Below, one piece after another: positions 38,488 to 50,226 of a stretch of 64,000 bases of DNA. A program made the position numbers and the translations under genes. Positions within the stretch are counted from its first letter, which is position 1, and every line of letters starts with the position of its first letter. Origin of the DNA: Stegostoma tigrinum (lineage: Eukaryota). The stretch spans positions 24,290,571 through 24,354,570 of the forward strand of contig NC_081378.1 in assembly GCF_030684315.1 (NCBI RefSeq), written 5' to 3'. The notes beneath the pieces are model-generated. The model ran no database searches, was not told the origin of the DNA, and saw nothing but the letters and a program-made list of their open reading frames with translations.

Positions 38488-39234
38488 AGATAATAAAATG
38501 TGAGGCTGGATGAACGCAGCAGGTCCAGCAGCATCTCAGGAGCACAAAAGCTGACGTTTCGGGCCTAGACCCTTCATCAGAGAGGGGGAGTGGGAGAGGG
38601 AACTGGAATAAATAGGGAGAGAGGGGGAGGCGGACTGAAGATGGAGAGAGAAGAAGATGGGTGGAGAGGAGAGTATAGGTGGGGAGGTAGGGAGGGGATT
38701 CGTCAGTCCAGGGAAGACGGACAGGTCAAGGAGGTGGGATGAGGTTAGTAGGTAGGAGATGGGGGTGCGGCTTGGGTTGGGAGGAAGAACAGGTTAGGGA
38801 GGCAGAGACGGGTTGGACTGGTTTTGGGATGCAGTGGGTGGAGGGGAAGAGCTGGGCTGATTGTGTGGTGCAGTGGGGGGAGAGGGCGAACTGGGCTGGT
38901 TTAGGGATGCGGTGGGGGAAGGGGAGATTTTGAAGCTGGTGAAGTCCACATTGATACCATTGGGCTGCAGGGTTCCCAAGCGGAATATGAGTTGCTGTTC
39001 CTGCAACCTTCGGGTGGCATCATTGTGGCACTGCAGGAGGTCCATGATGGACATGTCGTCTAAAGAATGGGAGGGGGAGTGGAAATGGTTTGCGACTGGG
39101 AGGTGCAGTTGTTTGTTGCGAACCGAGCGGAGGTGTTCTGCAAAGCGGTCCCCAAGCCTCCGCTTGGTTTCCCCAATGTAGAGGAAGCCACACCGGGTAC
39201 AGTGGATGCAGTATACCACATTGGCAGATGTGCA
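38488..39234 (-). mobile_element. 5'-truncated Penelope-like element (GIY-YIG)
   Basis: ORF 38794-39252 CTSANVVYCIHCTRCGFLYIGETKRRLGDRFAEHLRSV...HF...LGTLQPNGIN with an unbroken frame; same terminal repeat as 36408. Confidence 0.92.
38553..38580 (-). ncRNA. Minimal type I hammerhead ribozyme core
   Basis: Reverse complement reads ctgatgaagggtctaggcccgaaacgtc. Confidence 0.7.
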
Positions 39235-39898
39235 ACTGTCTGTCATGCGCACAATAAAACAAAGAACTCAGGACGCCATAGATCTGAAAGAAGAAGTCGC
39301 TGGCAAAATTCTCAAGCTGGTAGCAACCGTGTGGAGAAAGCAGAGTTAACTCTCTGGTGAACAGATGCTGTCAGACCTGCTGAATTTCGCTAACAATTTC
39401 TGTTTTTGTCGCAGGAATGCACCTGTTCAGATACGTGAATAACACGGCTCTGGAGCAGGTGGGACTTGAACCCGGATCTTCTAATTCAAAAGGAGAAGCT
39501 TTACCACTGTACCCCAATTGTTGATGTCATTCAAAGAAATTTTTACAAAATAAGCGATTTTTCGCGAAATGTCTTCTGATGTAGATCTGCCGAAGGGTTC
39601 ATGCCAAAGGCAGTCCTGCTGTTCATCCAGCTCCACACTTTGTTATCTCTAATTCCCGAAATGTCGCCTTCTCCTTTCCAAGTTATGTTGCCTAGCTTGC
39701 TGTGTTTTGACAGCCTCCTATTTGTCTACCTTGGTTCACAACTGGGTTCAGCGGATTTCTTTTGTATAACTTGAAGGACAGTTGGTGAGAGATTTAAGGC
39801 TGCACAAATATAAATAAAGGAAATGCGTTCGTAGTATCTAAGTCGTATTAACAATTAGTCTGCATTGCATGAGGGAAATGAGTTTATTGTTGGACTTT

Positions 39899-40079
39899 GA
39901 GATAGTAGGAAATGCAGATGCTGGAGAATCTGAGGTTAACAAGGCATAGAGCTGATGAACACAGCAGGTCAGCCAGCATCAGAGGAGCAGGAAGGCTGAC
40001 GTTTCGGGTTTGGACCTTTCCTGCTCCTCTGATGCTGCCTGACCTGCCGTGTTCATCCATCTCGACGCCTTGTTATCTC
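39899..40079. mobile_element. Short fold-back Penelope-derived element next to the CCDC146 promoter
   Basis: Inverted arms; ttattgttgg duplicated at ~39884 and ~40080; centre deleted, so the core is incomplete. Confidence 0.8.
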
Positions 40080-40093
40080 TTATTGTTGGGCCT

Positions 40094-40207
40094 TTCCGGG
40101 TTTCCGGGATTTATTTTAGTAGCTTTGCTATTGGTCCAGATGAATCCCATGTTGCCCAATGGCTGGGTGCGAACTAACTGTGTGTATGGTTGCTATGGAG
40201 ATGACGC
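40094..40207 (+). promoter_or_regulatory. Candidate CCDC146 promoter: ETS cores, CCAAT boxes, RFX X-box with adjacent TGACG
   Basis: ttccggg-tttccggga (~40094-40110), ATTGG (~40130), CCAAT (~40156), GTTGCTATGGAGAT (40189-40202) followed by TGACG. Confidence 0.65.
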
Positions 40208-40259
40208 TTGTTGACCACAAACTGGAAGAGGATCCCGGAGAGTGTCAGCAGCTCCTCAG
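40208..40259 (+). other. CCDC146: Candidate non-coding first exon of CCDC146
   Basis: Follows the X-box and ends CAG|GTacat at 40259/40260; the coding exon at 50078 has an acceptor just before its ATG, so a 5' UTR exon is required. Start is approximate. Confidence 0.5.
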
Positions 40260-40359
40260 GTACATCTCAAAGGCGAGGGCTTCAAATCTAGACGGCGCAG
40301 AACAGAAAAACAAAAATACCAGAAAGGCACCGATTACAGCTTTAATCCACAAACTCTAG

Positions 40360-40860
40360 TGTTGATGTTCTGACCCACACCATCACCAAGTGTGCACCCG
40401 CCCCATGTGGACTGACCACTCCTATCCCACTCACGGCCTTGTCTACACTGACCATCCCCTGGCCTATGTGCACTGACCACCCCACGTCCTGTGTAAACTG
40501 ACAACCTCCGCGCTCTGTGCAATGTCCGCACCGCCGACCTGTGTGCACTGACCACTTCCCCTGCCCTGTGTTCACTGACCACCTCTGCCCTTGCCATGTC
40601 TGCATCAACCCCCAATATGTATTCTGACCACACCTACCCCCCCTCAAAGCCCAGTCTATATTGACACCCCTCCCCTGCCATGTGTGTACTGATCTCCTCC
40701 TGCCCTGTCTGCAATGACCTCTCCCCTGCCATGTATGCACTGACGTCTTCCCTGCCCTGTGTGCATTGATCACCTTCCCTTGCCCTGTGTATAATTACCA
40801 CAGTACCCTGGCACATTGAACCACCATCCTATCCCGACCCTTTGCTCACTCACCTCCTTT
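40360..40860. repeat. Degenerate C-rich minisatellite (~25-27 bp unit)
   Basis: Repeated cactgaccacc..ccctgccctgtgtg-like units. Confidence 0.8.
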
Positions 40861-40902
40861 ATGGAATCAAGAGGTGAATTACCCAATGCAGATTTCTAAG
40901 CT

Positions 40903-41262
40903 CAGAAGCAGAAGTTGCAGGAAAAGCTGAGTTGGTCTGGCAGTGTCTGTTAAGAAAAATCAGTTAACTTTTGGGTCTGGTGGCCCTTCTTCAGAACAGA
41001 CCCAAAATGTTAACTCTGACTCTTAGAACATAGAACAATACAGCGCAGAACAGTCCCTTTGGCCCTTGATGTTGCGCCGACCTGTGAACTAATCTAAGCC
41101 CCTCCCACTACACTATCCCATCATCATCCATATGCTTATCCAAGGACTGTTTAAATGCCCCCTTTTACTTCATAGATGCTACCAGAACCACTGGGCTTTT
41201 CCATTAACTTCTGTGTTGTTTTTTCCTGATTTACAGCATCCACAGTTCTTTCAGTTTTTGTT
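40903..41262. mobile_element. Family-2 fold-back Penelope-derived element containing a CR1 3' end (41023-41162)
   Basis: Arms cagaagttgcaggaaaagctgag... and ...cttttccattaacttctg; the insert is nearly identical to 31080-31210. Confidence 0.75.
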
Positions 41263-41381
41263 TGCAGTGTTCTAAGCCTTGGACTTGCTGTTGTAGCCAC
41301 AGTACTAACATAGCTAGCCTAGTTCAATTTCTGGTCAATAGTGATCTCCAAGATGTTGTTTGTGGTTTTCAGTGATGCTAA

Positions 41382-41690
41382 GGGTGGCACAGTGGCTCAG
41401 CGGTTAGCACTGCAGCCTCATAGCACCAGGGACCCAGGTTCGATTCCAGCCTCGGGTGATTGTATGTGTGGAGTTTGCACATTCTCCCCATGTCTGCGTG
41501 GGTTTCCTCTGGGTGCTCCAGTTTCCTCCCACAGTCCAAAGATGTGTAGGCTAGGTGGATTGGCCATGCAAAATGGCCCGTAGTGTTCAGGGGTGTGTGG
41601 GTTATAGGGGGATGGGTCTGGGTGGGATGCTTCAAGGGGCGGTGTGAACTTGTTTGACTGAAGGGCCTGTTTCCTCACCGGAGGGAATCC
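41382..41690 (+). mobile_element. tRNA-derived V-SINE (HE1-like) inserted in an L2-like fragment (41275-42180)
   Basis: A box tggctcagcggttag, B box ggttcgattcc, V-domain tgtggagtttgcacattctcccc. Confidence 0.88.
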
Positions 41691-42414
41691 AATGCTATTA
41701 AATGTCAAGGGCGGATGGTTGAATTCTCTTACTGGAGATGTAATACTGGGCAAAAATATAACTTGCCTCTTATCAGCCCAAAACTGGATGTTGCTCAGGT
41801 TTTGCTGCTTTTGAATGTACATGGACATATTCAATAGTTGAAGAGTTGCGAATGTTGTTGAACATTATGCAATTGTCAATAAACATCTCCAGCTGAAGAT
41901 GACTGAGGCAAGAACACTACCTTAGGCAACTCCAGCAGTGATGTCATGTGGTTGAGATGGTTTGACCTCCAAGAACCACAGCTATCTTCCTTCGTGCTTG
42001 AATATGACTTCAACCAATGTAGATTCAACCCCTTAGTTCCCATTGACTCTAGTTTGCCAGGGCTTATTGATGCATAATCAGTCAAATACTGCATTGATGT
42101 TGGCAGTCTCAACTCACCTCTGGAGTTCTGTTATTTTGCCCATGTTTGGACCAAGGCTGTAACGATTCAGGAGTTGAGTCAACCATTGTTCACAGTAGGA
42201 GCTGGCAGGATTGCACAGTTTAGATCTAATCTATTGGTTGTAGGTTTACTTCGTTTTGTCTATTAAAAACAGCTTCCATGAAGTGGTCCTGTAATTATGA
42301 TTTTTAAGTGGCCTGCAAGTGAATTGAGGAGGTGTTATGATAGTCATGAAGAGTTGGGAAATGTCAGATGCCAATATCCATTGACAAGGAAGAGCATGAA
42401 TCTAGTGCTTATGG

Positions 42415-42612
42415 ATCAAAAAATGTGGAGCTGGTAAAGCACAGCAGGTTAGACAGTATCCAAGGAGCAGGAGAGTCAATGTTTCGGTTCAAAACCCTTT
42501 GTCAGGCATGAAACATTGACTCTGCTGCTCCTCAGATGCTGTCTGATCTGCTGTACTTTCCAGCTCCACGTTTATTGACTCTAGCTTCCATCATCTGTAA
42601 TCCTTGCTATAT
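42415..42612. mobile_element. Short fold-back Penelope-derived element (divergent subfamily)
   Basis: Inverted arms tgtggagctgg..aagcacagcag / ctgctgtactttccagctccac; flanks ctagtgcttatg / ctagtgcctatg. Confidence 0.7.
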
Positions 42613-44292
42613 CCTAGTGCCTATGTCCTGAGGTGTTGTTTACTGCTGAGCAACATAGAGGCTGCTAACAGCCAACTGTGAACTGAAGTCATCACGAACC
42701 CATTCCAACCAATGTCAAGGTTTTTTGATGTATAGCCTCTTGGTCACGTATGGGTAAAATAGGAAGCTGAATGTTAATGAGGCTTAAGTGGCCATTAATA
42801 AGGTGTTTAACAAGCTGCAATCCCCCTTAACTAGCCACTCGCTATCTCCTAGCAAGAAATTTGCCTCCCCAATTGTAAAAAGCATAAAAGATGCTGCGAC
42901 ATGCTCCTGATGCTGATTGCTGGATTTCTCATCTCCTTTGCAATGAATTTTTGCTATTGGCCAGACTTCTGTAACATTCTGCCCTTAATGTTTTTTTTTG
43001 TATCCATTTTACCTCACTGTTGCCAGCACAGTGATGGTTATCCTTCAATTTAATAGATGGTCGGATGCTCAGGTCTTTTCTTGTAGAACTGATTTCTTTT
43101 AAGTTTTGTGGAATGTTCTGTCTTTTCCTTTCATGAAGAAAGAGAGAAGTGAGGGAGAGAGGATGCAGTATGTTCTCACTCTCTGCTGCTCTTGGCACAT
43201 AGAGCTTTAGCTTAACCAGACTACTGGTCCCAGACAGAATTTTAAGTCAAAAACTTTTGGTGCCTCTCAACAACCACTTCTTTTCGATTTCCGAAAGAAA
43301 CATTGTATGGCACAGCTCATTGTGCAACACTTGTTTACATTGCAAAACTTTTCTGTTTTGTTTTATTAAAGTAACCCAACTTCCGTCTGAGTTTCTGGTC
43401 CAAGAAAAGGTGGCCTCTTACAACTGATCCTTGTGGCTATTAGGCCAGTGTCAGGTGCACAGGTATGGATCACTTGCACTTTCACTGGCACAATGTGAAG
43501 GAACTTTCTCTCCCATAGGGTCTGAATGTCTATGATTCTTGAGAGAGTTGTGGAGAATAGATCAGTGAAAGTATTTAATGAGGTGGTAGAGAGATTTTAG
43601 AAATATCAGGGAGTTGAGGACTATGATGAGCTGTCATGAAAGAAGAGATGTGGTCCGGGGCAGATCATCCATAACCTTGTTGAATGATGGAGCCGTCTTA
43701 AGGAGTCAAAAAGACTACTCCTACCCCATTCTCTTACAGTCTCATGTTCTTGTGGTGATATGATTATCTAATAATAAAAATCTTCAAAAACTATTTTGAT
43801 GAAAATTAGTCAATGTCACAATTTTCAATACCTAAACTGTTATTTAAATTTGAAGAACATTACACAATAATTCGCAATTTGACTTATTTGGTAAGTGTGT
43901 CAGTGACACTTTCATTACATTGCTTTATGAGTCACAATACACTGTTGTAAAAAAATTGCTGTGACTCAATGTTGTTAAATCATGGAAAATAGAGTAAAAG
44001 TACAATAAAGTTTGAAAGCTGGTCCATAGTTCCAAACTCACTGTGTAAAGTATTTATTGGATCACAAAAGGGCCAGAATGAAAAGGTCTGAAAGCTGGTG
44101 ATTCAAGCAGAGACTACCTCAAGATCTAAAACAAACCATGTTCAATTTTATTCAGTTCTGATCTGGACTTCTGTGCTTCCAGGCGTTTAGTTCTGATAAT
44201 ACTGGCCAATTATCACTCAACAAATACAATCCAATTTTGTCCTCAATACTGCCAAAACCTTCTGCTCCTTAACAAATGTAAAATCTTGGGTT

Positions 44293-44412
44293 AATAAAAT
44301 GTGAGGCTGGATGAACACAGCAGGCCCAGCAGCATCCCTGGGCCTGCTGTGTTCATCCGGCCTCACATTTTATTATCTTGGATTCTCCAGCATCTGCAGT
44401 TCCCATTATCAC
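44293..44412. mobile_element. Minimal fold-back Penelope-derived element lacking the ribozyme centre, 14-bp TSD
   Basis: TAAAATCTTGGGTT at 44279-44292 and 44413-44426; near-perfect hairpin. Confidence 0.88.
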
Positions 44413-45245
44413 TAAAATCTTGGGTTCATGTTTTGCTCTCAAATACTGCCCACAATTCACAAGAATTCATCAGCCCCAATCCTCTTGAATCTTTCAATCT
44501 GTTTCCCCAATTTACCAGTTTTCCTACTCCTATGTGTTATGTGCTGCTTCTCTGAGATACAAGCATCAGATACTTTGATTCCCAAGACTTGCAGATGGTA
44601 AGACCATTTCTGTTACTCCTGAATCCCAACATTAACCCACCATTAAGCCTTCAGGCTACCAGGCTTCCTTATCCAGCTCTTGAACATCACCTTTCTTTCA
44701 TTTACTCATGGGATGTTGAAGCAACTGGCTGGGCCAACATTTAATGATGAGATTTAACTTCCCATGAGAAGGCGTTAATGAACTGCATTCTTGAACTGCT
44801 GCAGCCCATGTGGTATAGGTAGATCCACAATGTCATTTGAGTGGCAATGCCAGGATTTTGAATCAGGGACACTGGTACACTGGTATGACAGAATTGCTAG
44901 TCCTCATTTGCCATACTTCTGTAAAGCCCTTGCTTTCATCTTAACATTGTTAGTATTTGTGGAAATGCCTGCAGCCAACATCTTGCTCTGTTTTTGGTTG
45001 ACATTTATGCACCTTCTTGTAACTAGATCTGCCTTTAACCCATTTTCCATGTACAGACCCCTGCTTCATTGCGCTCATTTGCCCCAGCTTCATTATACAT
45101 TTCTTTGTCATTGTGAATCATCTTGAATATTTTATCAGCAAATCCCTGAATAATGTAACAACAACAATAGGAATCCACTCTCTTCTGATGTTATTTATCG
45201 CCTTATAATTGCATTACTGTAAAAATTCTGTGCTACTGTAGAATC

Positions 45246-45261
45246 CCACCAGGTGGCAGTA
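45246..45261 (+). promoter_or_regulatory. Candidate CTCF site
   Basis: CCACCAGGTGGCAGTA matches the CTCF core; upstream ctgtag resembles the upstream module. Motif only. Confidence 0.4.
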
Positions 45262-46849
45262 TGTTCTCAGTGGGATAAATGTGAAGTAAAATCACCAGAG
45301 TCCGACTGGACTGTGTATTTCTGAAGGCAGTGGGGCTGATGAGCCAACTATCATGCTCGGAGGCAGGGCCCTTAAGCCTGCCTGGGATACTGGCATTGAC
45401 CTACCACCAATCCCCGCTACAGTAGCCATCACTTTTCTGCTAATTAGGAGAACTACTAGAAAATTCCAGCCAGCTCCTGTTAACAGCCTTTAATATGCCT
45501 TTAATTGGGTTGGCAACCCACTACATATGGACGAGTTGTCCTGCCACACCTCCGTTCAGCCTCCAGGAAAGTGACTCGGGTATGGATGAGGCCAGGTAAC
45601 TGATAAGAACCCTGACGTTGCAGAATTGATTTCCAATTACCCTTTATTCCCCACCCCAGCAAGCTTACAAGTCAAATTCCTATTGTACTGGGTCTCATCT
45701 GCCAGCTTCTGACATGAGAATGCCATCATATATGATGCTGATTAAGGGCCCAATTTTAACTTGGACAAGTGGATGCACCCATATGCCCTGGTCAATATGT
45801 GACCTCCGACCAACGTGTCTACTGCAGATTATCTTGTCATTATCACATTGCTGTTCCTGCAATATTGCTTTGCAAATTTCCTATGTTCCAACAGAGTGCT
45901 TTGGGAGGTCCTGAGGTTATAAAAGGTGCTCTGTAAATGTAGTGTTTCATTCTTACTAAACGGCATAAGGACCCGCTGTCCTTACAAAATGAAACTGCAT
46001 GACATCCCTTGCGCCATCAGTAATGATGTGTTAGTGGGCTGGAAATCTCTACACATCCACCACTATAAGCCTGCGGTACTGGACAGGAAGTGCTTTGAGG
46101 TAGCTCATTGTCACTGATCCTCCTCTTTCTATCTTTATTTGCTCTGGGTCCTATCCAGCAAATAGTGTTGGAGGATACTGCAGAAGAGACAATGTTCTTG
46201 GATAACAAGATGGTTTACTGCAAAATAGCAATGTACAAGTACAATACTAGGATCCTTGGGAGCAGGTGCATATATATTTGGTCCCTAGGGAGGCTAGAGT
46301 AGAACTCCCTGTCTCCATCTACAGACTGTGTATGACATTCGTAAAAGAAATGTTAACCTTTTTTACAAGTAGTAGTTGATGGTTTTTAAAATTTGTTTCA
46401 GTGCTTTATTGTCCAAATTTTAATCCTTTCTGCTATTTGGCAAGAAATGGACTTGAGGAGAACTTTTTAAATTTGCTTTCTGTGCCAGCTTCTTGGAGCA
46501 AGGACAGAATTTTAACTCCAATTTGGGAGCAAACAAGGTGCAGATGGGGTCAATTGAAAGCTCAAAACTGTGATATCAGATCAGAAACCTGGCATGATCC
46601 CACCCACTTCCAAATTTATCCAGGGCACTTTTGTAGGAGGGGAGAGAAATCTCCATGGAGCTGTTGGATAATTAATTTCAATACAAGAATAGGCAATAAA
46701 TGTGACTTTAACCCAGCATTTTTGTGTTAAGAGCCAGTGCATGGGTTTCTTAAACTGATCCATTGTTCATTGAATCTGACAGTTGTTGTGCTTTTTATGT
46801 GAAAGGTTTGTCCTCGCAGCATTTGGTTAAAGATCCAAGTTTCACTGTC

Positions 46850-49280
46850 ACGTTGGTAGTGGATTGCAAGAAAAGGAGTTTATAGAATATCTATGAGATG
46901 GCTTTTTGGAGCAGCTCGTGGTGGAGCCCGGGAACAGGCAATACTGGATTTAGAGTTGTACAATGAGGCAGACTTGATAAGGCAGCTTAAGGTAAAGGAA
47001 TCCTTAGGAGGCAGTGATCATAAGATGATAGAATTTACTCTGCAATTTGAGAGAGAGAAGATAGGATCAGAGGTAACGGTATTACAGTTGAATAAAGGTG
47101 ACTACAGAAGGTATGAGGGAGGGGCTGGGTAGAATTGACTGGAAGAAGAGCCTAGTGGGAAAGACAGTGGAACAACAATGGCAGGAGTTTCTGGGAGTAA
47201 TTCAGGAGACACAACAAAAATTCATCCCTAGGAAAAAGAAACATCGTACAGGGATGATGAGGCAACCCTGGCTGACTAAGGAAGACAGGGATAACATAAA
47301 AGCAAAAGAGAAAGCATATAATCTGGCAAAGGGCAGTGGAAAACCAGAGGACAGGGAAGCTTACAAAGACCAACAGAGGGCAACAAAAAAAGAAATAAGA
47401 AGGGAGAAGATTCAATATGAGGGTAAGTTAGCTGGTAATATAAGTGAAGACTGTAAGTTTCTTTAGATATATAAAGGACAAAAGAGAGGCAAAGGTGGAC
47501 ATTGGACCACTGGAAAATGACGGTGGAGAGATAGTAGTGGGGAACAAGGAAATGGCTGAGGAACTGAATAATCACTTTGTGTCAGTCTTCACAGTGGAAG
47601 ACTCAGGTAATATCCCAAAAATTCAAGAGAGTCAGGGGACAGAGCTGAGTATCATGGCCATTAACAAGGAAAAGGTGCTAGTAAAACTGATTGGCCCGAA
47701 GGTGGACAAATCACCTGGACCAGATGGACTACACCCCAGAGTAAGAAGATAGGTGAAGAGATAGTGGAAGCGTTAGTGGTGATCTTTCAGGAATCACTAG
47801 AGTCAGGGGATTCCCAGAGGACAGGAAAATGGCTAACATGACACCCCTGTTTAAAAAGGGAGTAAGGCAAAAGACGGAAAATTACAGGCTGATTAGCCTA
47901 ACCTCAGCCATGGGTAAGATTTTGGTGTCCATTGTAAAGGATGAGATTGCTGAATATTTGGAAGTCTATAGTAAAATAGGGCAAAGTCAGCACGGTTTCA
48001 TCAACAGGAGGTTATGCTTTTCTGCTAGAATTCTTTGAGGAAGTAATGAGCAGGGTAGACCAAGGAGAGCCAATGGATGTTATCTGCCTGTTATCTATCT
48101 TCAAGAAGGCCTTTGATAAGGTGCCACGCAGGAGGGTGCTGAGTAAGATAAGGGCCCCATGGTGTTAGAGGCAAGGGGTTAGCATGGATATAAGATTGGC
48201 TGTCTGGCAGAATGTAGAGAATGTGGATAAAAGGGTGTTTCTCAGGATGGCAGCCAGTGACAAGTGAAGTTCCGCAAGGGTCAGTTCTGGGACCACAATT
48301 TTTCACTTTGTACATTAATGATCTAGATGAAGGAACTGTGGGCATTCTGGCTAAGTTTGCAGACAGTACAAAGACAGGTGGAGGGACAAGTAGTATTGAG
48401 GAGGTGGTGAGGCTGCAGAAGGATTTGAACAGGTTAGCAGAGTGGTCAAAAGAAATGGTAGATGGAGGACAACTGGGAAAGTGTGAGGTCATGCACTTTG
48501 TAAGAAGAATAAAAGTTTCGACTATTTTCTAAATGGGGAGAAAATTCAGAAGTCTGAAGTGCAAAGAGACTTGGGAGTTCTAGTCCAGGATTCTCTCAAG
48601 GTAAAGTTGCAGGTTGTGTCAGTAGTCAGGAAGGCAAATACAATGTTGACATTTATTTTGAGAGGACTTGAATATACAAGCAGGGATGTGCTACTGAGGC
48701 TTTATAAGGCTCTAGTCAGGCTACATTTGGAGTATTGTGTGCAGTTTTGGGCCCCATATCTCAGGAAGGATGTACTGGCCCTGGAGCAAGTTCAGAGGAC
48801 GTTCAGAAGAATGGTCCCAGGAATGGAATGCTTAACATATGATGAATGTTTGAGGACTCTGGGACTATACTCATTGGAGTTTAGATGGATGATGGGGGGA
48901 TATAATTGAAGTTTTCAGAATACTGAATGGCCTGGACAAAGTGGATGTTGGGAAGATGCTTCCATTGGTAGGAGAGTCTGGGACCCAAGAGAACAGCCTT
49001 AGAGTAAAGGAAAGACCTTTTAGAATGGAGTTAAGGAGAAACTACTTCAGCTAGAGAGTGGCGAATCTATGGAGTTCACTACCACAGAAGACTGTGCAAG
49101 CCAGGTCATTGATTATATTTAAGACTGAGATAGATAGGTTCTTGATTATCAGGGGGATCAAGGGTTACGGGGAGAAAGCAGGGCAATGGGATTGAGGAAC
49201 GTATCAGCCATGATTGAATGGCAGAGCAGCCTCAGTGGGTCAAATGGCCTAATTTCTGATCCTGTGTCTTAAGGTCTTAT
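46850..49280 (+). mobile_element. CR1-type LINE ORF2 (endonuclease end, RT, 3' UTR), decayed
   Basis: ILDL...LGGSDH, KSPGPDGLHPRV, NYRLISLTS, VPQGSVLGPQFFTLYINDL, KFADSTK, LEYCVQFWAP; frameshifted. Confidence 0.93.
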
Positions 49281-50082
49281 GATTCACAGCTGACTTATAA
49301 CTTTCTGACATAGCAAGAACTGCAGAGTTCTTTCTGAGTTGTGCACTGACCTTGGACTTCACTCACTTTAATCTGATTTTTCCAGTTGTCAACCTTTGCT
49401 AAAATATGGGAGCAACTCTTTTTTGGACCTTTGTTAAAGAACAAGACGAGCTGCATCAACAATACTTGGAACGGCAACAATTTCAATTGCATACCAGATG
49501 CTTTCTCATCAAATACATAGCTGTTCATAGGACAGATGGGATTGAAACAGTTGTCCAACATGAAGGTTATACTCCCAACCAGGGCCTAAAGAAGTAGAGT
49601 CTGCTTTCATGATATCCCTGAGGACCCATACCTCATCAAATTCAGAATTTCATAGAAGGACATTGCCAGCACCTGCAACTTCCTGAAGCAAAGCTGCTTT
49701 CACTGTGGACTTAGTAGTATGAATTGCAGTTACTATCAAGTTAGCTGTCACTGTAGATCCATCCATGGCTTTGTGTTCTTTCCCTAAATTTGTGCTTTTT
49801 TTTCTCTCATGCAAGGAGAGAAAACAGTGTCATGATCATGAGAAATGAATTGTGCAGAGAGGAGGTTGTTGCACCAATTATGAGATGTCAGATAAATGTC
49901 ATTATTAGCCGATCAGTTGGGTATGTGAGGATGTGTCTGGAGAATGAGGAATGAATGGAGCTGCAAAGTTTGTTGGCCTGTGGGGTGCTGTACAGGAGAA
50001 TGCTGGGGAAGTCAGACTGTGGTTGTTAGCAATAATTTATATAATAATTAATATTTAATATTTATATAATACGCCAGGAGAT

Positions 50083-50226
50083 ATGAGTGAAGAGGAAAAG
50101 AAATCAGAAGATGATATTGACGAAGATGATGAAGAAACCATCACAGCTGTAGCCCCAGCAATAACCCTTCAAGAAGAGGAACCTGCAGATGTGTCTACAA
50201 GTCCTGCTTTTCAGTGCCTGGATGAA
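50083..50226 (+). CDS. CCDC146: CCDC146 first coding exon
   Basis: Acceptor ccAG at 50076-50077, ATG at 50083, donor GAA|GTaagt; MSEEEKKSEDDIDEDDEETITAVAPAITLQEEEPADVSTSPAFQCLDE vs recalled human ...EPIYAIVPTINIQDERFVDLSETPAFIFLHE; synteny with FAM185A and FGL2. Confidence 0.85.

Noticed and set aside
40334-40816. Repetitive ORFs (HTWQGRG...)
   Set aside because: Translations of a minisatellite.
41382-41455. tRNA gene
   Set aside because: The A and B boxes run directly into a SINE body; the same applies at 28.9, 33.8 and 39.5 kb.
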